Below, piece by piece: positions 8,508 to 17,709 of a stretch of DNA of 46,481 nt. The position numbers were made by a program, and so were the translations under genes. Every line of letters starts with the position of its first letter. The stretch's first letter is position 1. Origin of the DNA: Methanomassiliicoccus sp. GTDB lineage: Archaea > Thermoplasmatota > Thermoplasmata > Methanomassiliicoccales > UBA472. The notes under the pieces are model-generated. The model did not search any database and was not told the DNA's origin. It saw only the letters and a list, made by a program, of their open reading frames with translations. The stretch covers positions 1 to 46,481 of the forward strand of contig SPCU01000002.1 in assembly GCA_004525545.1 (NCBI GenBank), given 5' to 3'.

Positions 8508-9362
8508 TCACAGGTTGACCTTGACCTCGTGGGCCTCGAGTCCTAGGGAGGACTTGGGCAGACCCATGGCCAGACCGTACAGCTGTGCCAGGTGGATGAC
8601 CGGGATGTTGTATCCAGGAAGGTCCTTCTGACCGCGGTCGAACTGCAGGTGGCAGAACGGGCACACGTCGATGATGTAGTCCGCTTTGGCCGCCTTCATG
8701 TTCTTGAGCTTGGTCTCGGTGAAGCTCATGGCGAACTTGGCATCCCTGCTTCTAACACCGCCACCAGCGCCGCAGCACATGTTCTTGTCGGCGTAAGGAA
8801 CGCTCTTGGCCCCGGTCCACTCGATGAGCTCGTCCAGAAGGCGCGGCCTCTCCGGGTCATCGATGTGCTTCAGCTTGGAGGGGCGCGTGAAGTGGCATCC
8901 GTAGTGGGCGGCCACGTTCATGCTCAGTGGGTTGACCATCTTCTGCTTGACCTTCTCAATGCCCAGGTCGTTGAACAGGACCTCGGCGAAGTGGCGCACC
9001 TGCACCTTGCCTTCGTAGTGCATCCCTACTTCCTTGAGGATCTCGTTGACCTTTTTCAGTAGTTCGGGGTCCTCGTGCAACATGTGGTTGGCGTCGAACA
9101 GGGAACCGTAGCAGCCGTTGCAGATGGTCAGGATATCGCAGCCTTGCTGCTCAGCGATGGCCAGGTTGCGGGCGGCGAGAGCCAGCCAGGTGGCCTGGTT
9201 AAAGGAGCGTATGACACCAGGGGCGGGGCAGCAGCCGGCACCGGTCATTTCCTTCAGGTTGTAACCGAGGTTCTTGAACACCTCGCGGGTGGCCTTCTCA
9301 ATACCAGGGTATCTAAGGGGGGCGACGCAGCCCAGGAACAATGCGAACTTGTCATTAGTCAT
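8508..9362 (-). CDS. hdrB: heterodisulfide reductase subunit B
   Basis: Two CCG-type Cys-rich motifs (GAGCCPAPG; NMCCGAGGG). Its start directly abuts the hdrC stop. Confidence 0.9.
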   Translation of the reverse strand: MTNDKFALFLGCVAPLRYPGIEKATREVFKNLGYNLKEMTGAGCCPAPGVIRSFNQATWLALAARNLAIAEQQGCDILTICNGCYGSLFDANHMLHEDPELLKKVNEILKEVGMHYEGKVQVRHFAEVLFNDLGIEKVKQKMVNPLSMNVAAHYGCHFTRPSKLKHIDDPERPRLLDELIEWTGAKSVPYADKNMCCGAGGGVRSRDAKFAMSFTETKLKNMKAAKADYIIDVCPFCHLQFDRGQKDLPGYNIPVIHLAQLYGLAMGLPKSSLGLEAHEVKVNL

Positions 9363-9872
9363 TTATTGACCTCCGATGAGCTTGTCGAATCCAGTCTTCT
9401 CCATGATCTTGCGGAAATCGGCCATTGCCTTGGCGTCCCCGACAGTGGTCGGCGGGTCCGCGGATAGGCCCATGCTGACCCTCAGCTGCCTGATGTTGTC
9501 GGCCATAGGGACGGTGGCTCCAGTCTTCAACAGGGAGCGACCAACCTTCTTATGGTCCTCGGCCATGTATCCTTTGGCCACGGCCATGTTCCTCATCAGG
9601 ATGATTATGTCCACGATTTCCACATCGCGGGGGCAGCGCTCCACACAAGAGTAGCATGTGGTGCACATCCACAGGTCCTCGCTCGGCAGAATGTCGTCCT
9701 TCAATCCGAGCTGGGCTTTCCTGATCAGTTGTCTGGTACGGAACGCGGTGGTGCGTCCGGAGGGGCAACTGCCAGTACATGTACCGCACTGGTAGCACAG
9801 GTCCAAGGTCTTGCCGCCGGCATCGATAATGCTCTGGGCGAAGGCCGGGTCTGGAATCTTCACATTTGACAT
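9363..9872 (-). CDS. hdrC: heterodisulfide reductase subunit C (2x[4Fe-4S])
   Basis: CYQCGTCTGSCP and CTTCYSCVERCP ferredoxin motifs. Size and position upstream of hdrB fit. Confidence 0.9.
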   Translation of the reverse strand: MSNVKIPDPAFAQSIIDAGGKTLDLCYQCGTCTGSCPSGRTTAFRTRQLIRKAQLGLKDDILPSEDLWMCTTCYSCVERCPRDVEIVDIIILMRNMAVAKGYMAEDHKKVGRSLLKTGATVPMADNIRQLRVSMGLSADPPTTVGDAKAMADFRKIMEKTGFDKLIGGQ

Positions 9873-9908
9873 GGATGTTTCCTCTGTCTCAGGGGAGCGG
9901 AGATATCG

Positions 9909-9917
9909 TATATAAAA
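9909..9917 (-). promoter_or_regulatory. TATA box for the hdrC-hdrB-orf94 operon
   Basis: The minus strand reads CACTTTTATATAC about 40-45 nt upstream of the hdrC ATG, a near-consensus archaeal TATA. Confidence 0.55.
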
Positions 9918-9958
9918 GTGAATGAAAAAAGTAACGAGTGTTAGCTTAATGGGTTACA

Positions 9959-10768
9959 CTACTTTCGAGTCTCGGGGCGCATCGCTCGGAGCAGTTCCTC
10001 GACCTTGGGAACTCCGGGGCGGTAGAGGCAGAGAATAGCGTACGATAGCAGGGATGGGTCGGTAGCGCTGCGTATGCGCTGCCCCTTCCTGATCATCAGG
10101 CTTTCGTTGACGAAGTAGCTATAATTGCTGCGAGTGAGAGCGGCCAGGGATGAATACGTTCTGACCACGCGGTACTTCACGTTCGTCGAGTCCAGGTAGC
10201 GGTACCCTAGCCTCTGAGGTCCAAAGCGGTACCGAGCGTACTCTTCGCCGCGACGAACGTGCACCAAACGGTCGTTCCCCAGCTCCTCCCAGTTCCCACC
10301 TTCCATCTCGTATGCGTATAATGGGTCGTCCAGCACTACGAGGTCCAGCATTCCGGCCTGGAACTCTGTCAGGTTGTGGCGGTCCTCGGATATCACCAGT
10401 TCAGCCTCGCCCTCGGGATCTGCGACGTTGAGCGCTTGGAGCAGCAGTTCCTCCGAGAGGGGAGTGCAGGCCACCGTCAGATGCTCGCGCTCTCTGCGCT
10501 TTCCCTGCAGGGCGAGCTGTTCCCGGGCTATTTTCTCCCCAAGTTCGTTCAGTATCGTACCGCGCGGTCCGCATTCCATGATCGGGCACCCGATCTTGGC
10601 CTCCACCTGCCGCAAGTGGCGGTTCAGCACGGGAGCCGAAACGCCCAGGGACCTGGCGGCGGCCCTCTGCGTCCCTTTCATGAACAGGGTCAACACGGCC
10701 TCGGCCTGCTTGTGGGTAAGAGGCTTGCCGTCCACCTGCACTATCAATGACGCTCGAACCTGGGTCAC
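9959..10768 (-). CDS. transcriptional regulator with ModE/LysR-type winged HTH N-domain and a binding-protein-like C-domain
   Basis: GTQRAAARSLGVSAPVLNRHLRQVEAKIGCPIMECGPRGTILNELGEKI resembles the ModE/LysR HTH. Ends in TAG. Confidence 0.65.
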   Translation of the reverse strand: MTQVRASLIVQVDGKPLTHKQAEAVLTLFMKGTQRAAARSLGVSAPVLNRHLRQVEAKIGCPIMECGPRGTILNELGEKIAREQLALQGKRREREHLTVACTPLSEELLLQALNVADPEGEAELVISEDRHNLTEFQAGMLDLVVLDDPLYAYEMEGGNWEELGNDRLVHVRRGEEYARYRFGPQRLGYRYLDSTNVKYRVVRTYSSLAALTRSNYSYFVNESLMIRKGQRIRSATDPSLLSYAILCLYRPGVPKVEELLRAMRPETRK

Positions 10769-10858
10769 GGTGCGATAATGCTTCGGAGATTAGATTAATC
10801 CGTCGTTCGGCGAGAGAAGGGGCAAAAGTTCATAATAGGTGCCCTTCCTCCGCGGCAA

Positions 10859-11323
10859 ATGATGAAAGCTACTCGTTTAGTGCTGGGGATCGGTAGCCCG
10901 ATCATATGCGACGATGGCGTAGGGTTCAAGGTCGTGGAGGCGTTGATGGCCATGGACCTGCCAGACCTGGATTTCGACCAGCAGGCGGTCAGTGGCCTTG
11001 ATTTTATTGAGATAATGATGGACTACCAGCAAGTCGTGGTGGTGGACGCCATCGTAACCGAGCGGTATCCGGCTGGAACGGTCATGTTGCTGCAGCCGGA
11101 GGACTTCAAGAACGCTGTCCACGGCAGCAGCCCCCACGAGGTAAACATGCACATGGCCATCGAGCTGGGGAGGAGATTGGCCCCGGACCGTATGCCCAAG
11201 GACATACAGTTCGTGGCCATCGAGGTCAACGACATTTGGACGGTCACTGACATCATGACCGAAGAGGTTCAGGACGCTGTGCCCAAGGCCGTGGATGCGG
11301 TGCTCAAGGTCCTCAGCGCGTGA
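10859..11323 (+). CDS. hydrogenase maturation endopeptidase (HycI/HyaD/FrhD family)
   Basis: LVLGIGSPIICDDGVGFKV, a later GSSPHEV motif, and a ~150 aa size all fit the family. Confidence 0.85.
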   Translation: MMKATRLVLGIGSPIICDDGVGFKVVEALMAMDLPDLDFDQQAVSGLDFIEIMMDYQQVVVVDAIVTERYPAGTVMLLQPEDFKNAVHGSSPHEVNMHMAIELGRRLAPDRMPKDIQFVAIEVNDIWTVTDIMTEEVQDAVPKAVDAVLKVLSA

Positions 11324-12601
11324 TCAGAAATCCAAAGCCTGCATCCGCATAGCGGCCTTGCCGCCTTCCTTCTCTGGCGCAAGCAGGGCAACGCACATCC
11401 TTTTCCTTTGGAATATCTCATTGCTCACCCGGACCACGTCCTCTTTGGTCACCTTCTCGAACTCGGCCAGGGAACGATCCACCTGGGCCAGTTCGCCGTT
11501 CATCATGAAATGCTCCCCCTGCCAGTAGAGGCGGCTGTCCGTACCTTCCAATTTACGCACCAGCATGCCTTTTATCCAACGCTTGGCCCGGTTCATCTCC
11601 TCTTCCGATGGCCCTTCGTTCTTGAAGCTGATCAGCTCGGTGCAGATGGTGGAGTTCACCTGGTCCAACTTGTCCAGGGAGGCGGAGAAGAACGTGTCAA
11701 CAATGCCGCAGTCCGTGTATGCCTGGGGGAACATGCTGATGTGATACACCAGACCTTGGTCCTCTCTCACCGTCTGATAAAGACGGGAGGAGGTGCCCCC
11801 GCCCAGAATGATGCATGCCAGTGAAAGGGCTTTGCGATCATGGTGCTTCCCAGACAGACCCGGGAAACCCAGTTCCACATAGGCCTGGTCCCCCTCTCTG
11901 GGGAAGACCTTGGTGCAGGCCTTCGGGGAAGGAGGAGTGCGGCCATTGTTAACCATTGCCTTGGGCAGGGCATCGAAGGTATCTTCCACCCAGGAGACCA
12001 CATCATCGGCCACCACGTTCCCGCAGGCCACCACGCACATGTTCGGTGGGCGATAGTGCTCTTCGAAGAAGTCGCGGACGTCCCTCGCTTGCAACCCTGA
12101 TACGCATTCGGGGCGCCCGGTCTCGGTGTTGGCCATAGGATGGCCTTCCCATATGGAACGGTCGAGGAGCACACGGGAGTAATCTTCAGGGTCGTCCTCC
12201 AGCATACTGATCTCCTGCAACACCACGCCGCGCTCCAGCTCAACGTGCTCTTCATCGATGAGGGGAGCGGTCATCATGTCTGCCATCAATCCCTTCATGA
12301 CCTCAAAGGTCTCGTCCAAGGAGAACACGTGGTAGGAGGTCGTTTCTTTGGTGGTGTAGGCGTTCATCTCACCGCCCGCACCCTCTACCATTTCCGAGAA
12401 CTGCTTGGCGTTCCTTTCCCTCGTCCCTTTGAACATGATGTGCTCTAGGAAGTGGGCCACGCCGAATCGGTCCCGATTCTCGTCTCGGGATCCAACCCGG
12501 AAGTTGACCGACAGTGCGGCAGTCCGGGAACGTGGGAGGACCTCGACGATCACGGGGATCCCCGCCGAGGTATGATTTAGGATCGGTCCATTTTTGACCA
12601 C
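11324..12601 (-). CDS. M16 (pitrilysin/insulinase) family zinc peptidase
   Basis: Inverted zinc motif HFLEHIMFKGT and a two-domain length. Its stop directly abuts the convergent stop (TGATCA). Confidence 0.88.
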   Translation of the reverse strand: MVKNGPILNHTSAGIPVIVEVLPRSRTAALSVNFRVGSRDENRDRFGVAHFLEHIMFKGTRERNAKQFSEMVEGAGGEMNAYTTKETTSYHVFSLDETFEVMKGLMADMMTAPLIDEEHVELERGVVLQEISMLEDDPEDYSRVLLDRSIWEGHPMANTETGRPECVSGLQARDVRDFFEEHYRPPNMCVVACGNVVADDVVSWVEDTFDALPKAMVNNGRTPPSPKACTKVFPREGDQAYVELGFPGLSGKHHDRKALSLACIILGGGTSSRLYQTVREDQGLVYHISMFPQAYTDCGIVDTFFSASLDKLDQVNSTICTELISFKNEGPSEEEMNRAKRWIKGMLVRKLEGTDSRLYWQGEHFMMNGELAQVDRSLAEFEKVTKEDVVRVSNEIFQRKRMCVALLAPEKEGGKAAMRMQALDF

Positions 12602-12681
12602 GAATCGAGATAGAATTGATAGAGATAATGTTTTTCTTTAGACTGAAATCGCCAAGTATTAAGTAGCCCACACACAATAAA

Positions 12682-13458
12682 ATGCCAGTGATGCCAATGG
12701 ACGAAGGAAGGATGTTTATTCACGAATACGGTGAGGTCGACCTGAAGGATGGGATGGCCATAGTAGGCTTCCCTAGCGTAGGGTTGGTCAGCTCCATCGC
12801 CTCGAACTTCATAGTGCGTACCATGAAGCTTGAGCGCCGGGCGACCATCATTTCCAAGGACTTCCCGCCCTTCACGATCATTCACGAGGGAGTACCTTCC
12901 CCTCCAGTGCGCATCTATGCGGGACACCGGGATTGCGAGAACAAGGGCGAGAAGTGCGAGAAGCTGGTGGTCATCACGTGTGAGTTCATGCCCCGGCCGG
13001 ATCTAATTAAGGAGCTTTCGGACCTTATTCTAGGATGGTGCAAGAAAAAGAACATTGCGACCATCTTGACCTTGGAAGGTATCAACATCGCCGATGAAGG
13101 GGAGGTCAAGGTCCTGGGAGTGGGGACAACAAAGCTCACCAGAGATATGTTGGAGACCTACAAGATCAAGGAATTGAAAGAGGGGATGGTCACTGGCATA
13201 TCTGGACTTCTGCTCTCGGAGGGTGAGCGATATCAAATGGATGTCATCTGCCTTCTAGGCTCGGCCAGGACCGACGTGCCGGACGCCAGGGGGGCGGCCA
13301 ACCTGCTCGATGTGGTCGGCGATATGCTGCCTGAGATCAAGTTGGACCCTGAACCATTGGTGAAAGAGGCGGAGCAGATCGAGAGCGACATGCAAAAGGC
13401 CATGGAATCTGTGCAGCAGCCCAAGAAGCCAACGGAGTATTCAAAGATCTATAGATGA
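12682..13458 (+). CDS. PAC2-family protein (proteasome assembly chaperone-like, PbaA/B type)
   Basis: The N-terminus LKDGMAIVGFPSVGLVSSIASNFIV matches the archaeal PAC2 pattern, as does the length. The start among the first Met codons is uncertain. Confidence 0.7.
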   Translation: MPVMPMDEGRMFIHEYGEVDLKDGMAIVGFPSVGLVSSIASNFIVRTMKLERRATIISKDFPPFTIIHEGVPSPPVRIYAGHRDCENKGEKCEKLVVITCEFMPRPDLIKELSDLILGWCKKKNIATILTLEGINIADEGEVKVLGVGTTKLTRDMLETYKIKELKEGMVTGISGLLLSEGERYQMDVICLLGSARTDVPDARGAANLLDVVGDMLPEIKLDPEPLVKEAEQIESDMQKAMESVQQPKKPTEYSKIYR

Positions 13459-13470
13459 GCGCAGGATACG

Positions 13471-13479
13471 AATATATAG
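13471..13479 (+). promoter_or_regulatory. TATA-like box upstream of the small GTPase gene
   Basis: AATATATAG lies ~26-34 nt upstream of the ATG at 13505. This spacing suggests a leaderless or very short-leader mRNA. Confidence 0.45.
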
Positions 13480-13504
13480 ACGCTGGCCTCATACTGTGGA
13501 TAGA

Positions 13505-14011
13505 ATGGCGAAACGCCAGTTCGTAAAAAAGATCTGCCTTTTGGGAGACGGGGAGGTTGGCAAGACCAGTTTAATAAGACGGTACGTGCTGGACATCTTC
13601 GATGACCAATATATCCAGACGTTCGGGGCCAAGGTCAGCAAGAAGGTGCTGGACCTGGAGGACGTCAACCTCACCCTGATGATCTGGGACGTATTGGGGC
13701 AGAAGACTCAAAAGGCGTTGCACACCACATACTATGCTGGAGCGAACGGTGCTTTCCTGGTCTGCGACATGACCAGACCGGAGACCTTGGAGCGCCTTCA
13801 CCATTGGGCCGAGGACCTGCGGGAGGTGGCCGGAGACATTCCTATCATCGTCATCGGCAACAAGTGCGATCTGGAGATGAAGATCGACCCTCTTGACCTG
13901 CAGCACTTCGCCACTGAGATCAGGACCCCGATGTTATTGACCAGCGCCCTGACCGGGGAGGGCGTGGAAGAGGCGTTCCAGGCGCTTGGACAAAAGGCCA
14001 TGGGGGGCTAA
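13505..14011 (+). CDS. Ras/Rab-like small GTPase
   Basis: All five G motifs are present: G1 GDGEVGKT, G2 YIQTFG, G3 WDVLGQ, G4 GNKCD, G5 TSALTGEGV. No C-terminal prenylation motif. The track start is a GTG at 13496; the ATG at 13505 is preferred. Confidence 0.88.
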   Translation: MAKRQFVKKICLLGDGEVGKTSLIRRYVLDIFDDQYIQTFGAKVSKKVLDLEDVNLTLMIWDVLGQKTQKALHTTYYAGANGAFLVCDMTRPETLERLHHWAEDLREVAGDIPIIVIGNKCDLEMKIDPLDLQHFATEIRTPMLLTSALTGEGVEEAFQALGQKAMGG

Positions 14012-14012
14012 G

Positions 14013-14966
14013 ATGGGAAAGGACATGCGGCCGTTCTTCGTCATGCCTGGTTCCGCCCTCAAGGACCTGAGGGAGGAACTGCAACTTATCAACGGGGCGG
14101 ATTCCGCCCGGACCATGGAACGGTATGGATTCCGCGCTGGTGTCGGGCTGGTTCGAACTCTGGGGTTGGAATGCACCGATATCGTGGAGGCCAAGGCCAT
14201 CATAGAGCAGGTGTGGACCGAGACCGGGCTCAGCCGTATGATCATCGAGATGATCAACGAGACGGAGATAGTCATCACCTTCAATGAATCGGTGGAGGCG
14301 TACAACGGAGACCATTGCGATTTCACCAAGGGCTACATCTCCGGGATCATCTCCTCACTGATGCGCCGACGTTATGACGCTTACGAGGCGTCCTGCATTT
14401 CTGACGGGGCGGCCAAGTGCGTACATGTGCTCACGCCCTCGCCCACCTATCCCACCGAGAAACGGGAGATCATCATTAGGGATGAGGATAGACAGCGCAA
14501 GTATCTGCTGGAACCAGGGACCTCATACCTGGTGGAGTCGGCCACTTTGGAATCGGCCTACCAGATGTACAAGGACCAGGTCGTAGAGGGATGCACCGGT
14601 ATGGTGCTGGCCCGGGAATTCCCGGAAAAGGTGCAGAAGGTCTATGGGATCACCGAAGGGACGTTGCTATGGTTATCGTACGAGAGGGGAAGGCGTTACG
14701 CACGCGAGCCGACCGATATTCCCATGATCTATAGCGAGATCAAGAACTTCTTCGAGGCGAACAGCAAGGCTGTCGTTCTGCTATCCGGTCTTGAATATCT
14801 GATCAGCCAGAACACCTTTCTGAAGGTGCTCAAACTATTGCAGCTGCTCAACGACAACGTCTCCATGACCGGTTCCATGCTCATCATACCAGTGGTCCCT
14901 GAGGCGTTGAACCCTCAGGACGTTAAGATGCTGGAGAGAGAATTGCGCGTCCTCGAGATCGATTGA
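14013..14966 (+). CDS. V4R-domain (N-terminal) plus DUF835-domain (C-terminal) protein
   Basis: The V4R-like half ends in the characteristic EASCISDGAAKCVHVL. The C-terminal half (MVLAREFPEKV...LLWLS...VVLLSGLEYLISQNTFLKVLKLLQLLND...LIIPV) matches the DUF835 pattern. The ATG at 14013 lies 1 nt after the GTPase TAA; the track start at 13986 overlaps the GTPase. Confidence 0.72.
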   Translation: MGKDMRPFFVMPGSALKDLREELQLINGADSARTMERYGFRAGVGLVRTLGLECTDIVEAKAIIEQVWTETGLSRMIIEMINETEIVITFNESVEAYNGDHCDFTKGYISGIISSLMRRRYDAYEASCISDGAAKCVHVLTPSPTYPTEKREIIIRDEDRQRKYLLEPGTSYLVESATLESAYQMYKDQVVEGCTGMVLAREFPEKVQKVYGITEGTLLWLSYERGRRYAREPTDIPMIYSEIKNFFEANSKAVVLLSGLEYLISQNTFLKVLKLLQLLNDNVSMTGSMLIIPVVPEALNPQDVKMLERELRVLEID

Positions 14967-15007
14967 GGGAAAACCCTTAAATCAGGGAATAATTTAACAT
15001 CAGAATT

Positions 15008-15478
15008 ATGAACCTAGTCCCGAAAAAGTTCTTCGTCACCCAGGGAGTCGCCATGAGCAAGGTCTCCGACCTCAACGCCTTCGATCAGGCGCTAATGCAG
15101 GCCAAGATAGGAGAGCAGAACCTTGTCTCGGTATCGTCCGTTCTCCCCATCGGGGCTAAGAAGGTCGCGGTCCGCGAGCTGCCCATGGGTGCCATCACCC
15201 ATTGTGTGCTGGCACAGATGAGAGGTGGTGAGGGTGAGATGATCTCTGCCGGGATCGCCTACGCCTTCCGCAAGGACGGTAAGGGCGGCTATGTGGCCGA
15301 AGGGCACATGCACGGTACCAAGAAGGCGCTCAGGGAAGTGCTGGAATGGAAGATGAGCGAGATGCAGGCCCTGCGTGGAGTTGAGCTGATGAAGATCAAC
15401 TACGCCATCGAGGAGCTCTCCATCCCCATGGACCATTACGGAACTTGCTTGGGAGCATTGGTCTTCGTCGAGGTCTGA
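15008..15478 (+). CDS. pdaD: pyruvoyl-dependent arginine decarboxylase
   Basis: VPKKFFVTQGV, the self-cleavage region LVSVSSVLP, and a ~155 aa size fit the family. Confidence 0.9.
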   Translation: MNLVPKKFFVTQGVAMSKVSDLNAFDQALMQAKIGEQNLVSVSSVLPIGAKKVAVRELPMGAITHCVLAQMRGGEGEMISAGIAYAFRKDGKGGYVAEGHMHGTKKALREVLEWKMSEMQALRGVELMKINYAIEELSIPMDHYGTCLGALVFVEV

Positions 15479-15885
15479 TGTTCGGTGCGGTGGTCTGTCC
15501 CCGTTGTCGCAAGGGTTTCGCGGTCGACCTGGAACATCGTTCCTCGTCCTGCCCCCATTGCGGTCGTCAGATACAGGTGCGTCGCATGAAGGTCCATTTC
15601 AGCTCCTCTTCCGCCTCCCTCACCGCTCAGGCGGTCGGAGAGCTCAATCGAAAGGGGCGGGAGCTGAAGTCTTTTGATGGTGAAATTGAGCAGAAAACAA
15701 AGAGGATCGTCCTCTCCCCTGTCCAGATCGAGATATTGATCAGGGATATGGAAGAGTTCGACCTCGCCGAACTGGAAGGAAAGCTGGCCGGAAGGATGGT
15801 CATGAGCCCCGATGAGCTGCTACGCAGAATGCTCTCTCTCGGTCTGGTCTACGAGTCCTCCCCCGGTCGTTATCGACGGGCTTAG
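15478..15885 (+). CDS. zinc-ribbon protein, function unknown
   Basis: CPRC...CPHC ribbon at the N-terminus. The ATG overlaps the pdaD stop (TGATG). Ends in TAG, which overlaps the TAA of the convergent gene (cTTAGa). Confidence 0.55.
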   Translation: MFGAVVCPRCRKGFAVDLEHRSSSCPHCGRQIQVRRMKVHFSSSSASLTAQAVGELNRKGRELKSFDGEIEQKTKRIVLSPVQIEILIRDMEEFDLAELEGKLAGRMVMSPDELLRRMLSLGLVYESSPGRYRRA

Positions 15886-16961
15886 ATCTCCACCTTGGCC
15901 ATCATTTCAACGGAAAGCGTTACCTTGTCATCGCTCTCTTGGTAGCTCAGCACTTCCCAGCTCTCACTGAATTCCGGTGTCTCGCCTGGGCCGTAGGTGC
16001 TCGCATCATAGAAGACGCTGATCATATGATAGTAATCCCGTAGCCCATCCGGCTCACCGTTGTCGGTGTACTCGCAGAACAGGTTCGGCATCCAGACCAG
16101 GAAGTCCTTGTTGACTATGTCGATGGTCACATTGACCCCGCCATCCTCCGTAGGCATGAACATTTGCACCCAGCCGTGTCCGCCCATCTCGCCTGTGGAG
16201 CGATCGTATAGGGCGCCAAGCTGCAACCATGCCGGCACTCCGGCCGACCTTGCCAGAGCACAGAACAATATCGATTGGTCATCGCAGTCACCCCTTCTGT
16301 CCTCGTTCGTCTGCAACGATGACTTCGGCTCCCCGGAAATGATCTGGTTGGGGTATTCCACGTTCTCCACCATCCAATCATAGATGGAGCGGGCGATGAC
16401 GTACACGTTGTCCTCGTCCCCCACTATCTGATGGCTAAGTTCGCTGATGATCGGATCATCGATAATGATCTGCCATTCTTCGTGCAGGTAGCGGTCCTGC
16501 AGGTCCTGTGGTATGTCTCCCTTGTCCAGGACGGTATCTTCGTCCAAGTCCCATTGCTGCAGTGTCTGTCTCACTGACTGGGTCACCACGATGCTGATCT
16601 GACCATAGAGGTCGTCCCCCTCCCAGACCATGGTACGATAAGTGCCATTGTCCCATAGCTCGTCGTATTGAGGTGAGATATTGAGCGACGTCACCTGCTG
16701 CAGATAGGTGCCGTTATCGCTGATACTTGCCGGACGGGGCAGATCGAAACGGTATTGGGTCACATGTCCACCATTGGCGTCCAATATCATGGTACGGCGT
16801 AATTCCATCTCTACCTCCTCAGGATATTGAGAAGAGAACGGATCCAGCAGATACTTTCGGAAAAGGTCTTGAGTTGGGGGAAGTAGTAACAGAAATATTA
16901 CGATGAGAACCACTGCCAAGACCAGCAGCGCTTTGCCCGTTTTTCTGTGGGATTCAGACAC
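15882..16961 (-). CDS. membrane-anchored transglutaminase-like cysteine protease-fold protein
   Basis: N-terminal TM helix (LLVLAVVLIVIFLLLL). Catalytic core RRGDCDDQSILFCALARSAGVPA ... GHGWVQMF. Confidence 0.82.
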   Translation of the reverse strand: MSESHRKTGKALLVLAVVLIVIFLLLLPPTQDLFRKYLLDPFSSQYPEEVEMELRRTMILDANGGHVTQYRFDLPRPASISDNGTYLQQVTSLNISPQYDELWDNGTYRTMVWEGDDLYGQISIVVTQSVRQTLQQWDLDEDTVLDKGDIPQDLQDRYLHEEWQIIIDDPIISELSHQIVGDEDNVYVIARSIYDWMVENVEYPNQIISGEPKSSLQTNEDRRGDCDDQSILFCALARSAGVPAWLQLGALYDRSTGEMGGHGWVQMFMPTEDGGVNVTIDIVNKDFLVWMPNLFCEYTDNGEPDGLRDYYHMISVFYDASTYGPGETPEFSESWEVLSYQESDDKVTLSVEMMAKVEI

Positions 16962-16987
16962 GGCGGTTTATTCCCTCGTAGGATAAA

Positions 16988-17683
16988 TCAACCTTTCGCC
17001 CCTTTCATTCGTGCCGTGGCGTCCCTGACCATTGCTGGAAGAAGGTTTCGGTGCACCTGACGGTAGTAGTAGACGACCAGGAGAGTGGCCAGAATTAGCC
17101 CCGCCCAGCCTTCCAGTCCGCTGCCATAGTTCAGAGGTACTGCCATCAGCAGGTTCACACCGATATGTAACAACCCGGCCTGGGCGAAATAGCCCCATAC
17201 CTCCCCACGGGCAACGCCCGTGCCGATCATGGCACCAGTGGACGAATGTAACAGCACCAATTGGATAGCTAGAATGAATGCTATGATCCAGCCGTCAAGT
17301 CCCAGGCCCTCGGACTGTTGCAGGGTGATGAACACCGCCCCGAAGGCCATGGTGCTGCCGATGCCCAGACCCAATGAATAACCGTAGAATGACGTGTCCA
17401 GCTTTCTCTGGAAGCGCGGTATGTTCAGAAAGACAAATTTGATGAGCTCTTCCATGACGGCGAAGAGGAGGGCGAAGAGCAGGAAACCCAGATCGAAGTA
17501 GGATTGAACGACGTAGATGATCACACCGAAGACCATGCCTACCGCCAACATGAGGAACAGTTTGCGGTCATCGAAGAACGGACGCTCAACCTTGGGGTAT
17601 GTGAAATTCCGAAGGGTCCAGAACATCAGGGCCAGGGCCGGTCCCACCCCTAATGCCGCGGCCATCAACATCTGCCAATCCAT
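16988..17683 (-). CDS. PrsW-family intramembrane metalloprotease-like protein
   Basis: Polytopic membrane protein with MEELIKF (EExxK) and a late LLHIGVN (HxxxN) motif, arranged as in PrsW. Confidence 0.62.
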   Translation of the reverse strand: MDWQMLMAAALGVGPALALMFWTLRNFTYPKVERPFFDDRKLFLMLAVGMVFGVIIYVVQSYFDLGFLLFALLFAVMEELIKFVFLNIPRFQRKLDTSFYGYSLGLGIGSTMAFGAVFITLQQSEGLGLDGWIIAFILAIQLVLLHSSTGAMIGTGVARGEVWGYFAQAGLLHIGVNLLMAVPLNYGSGLEGWAGLILATLLVVYYYRQVHRNLLPAMVRDATARMKGAKG

Positions 17684-17709
17684 ATCAAATGCGCCCCACT
17701 GTCCTCTTT

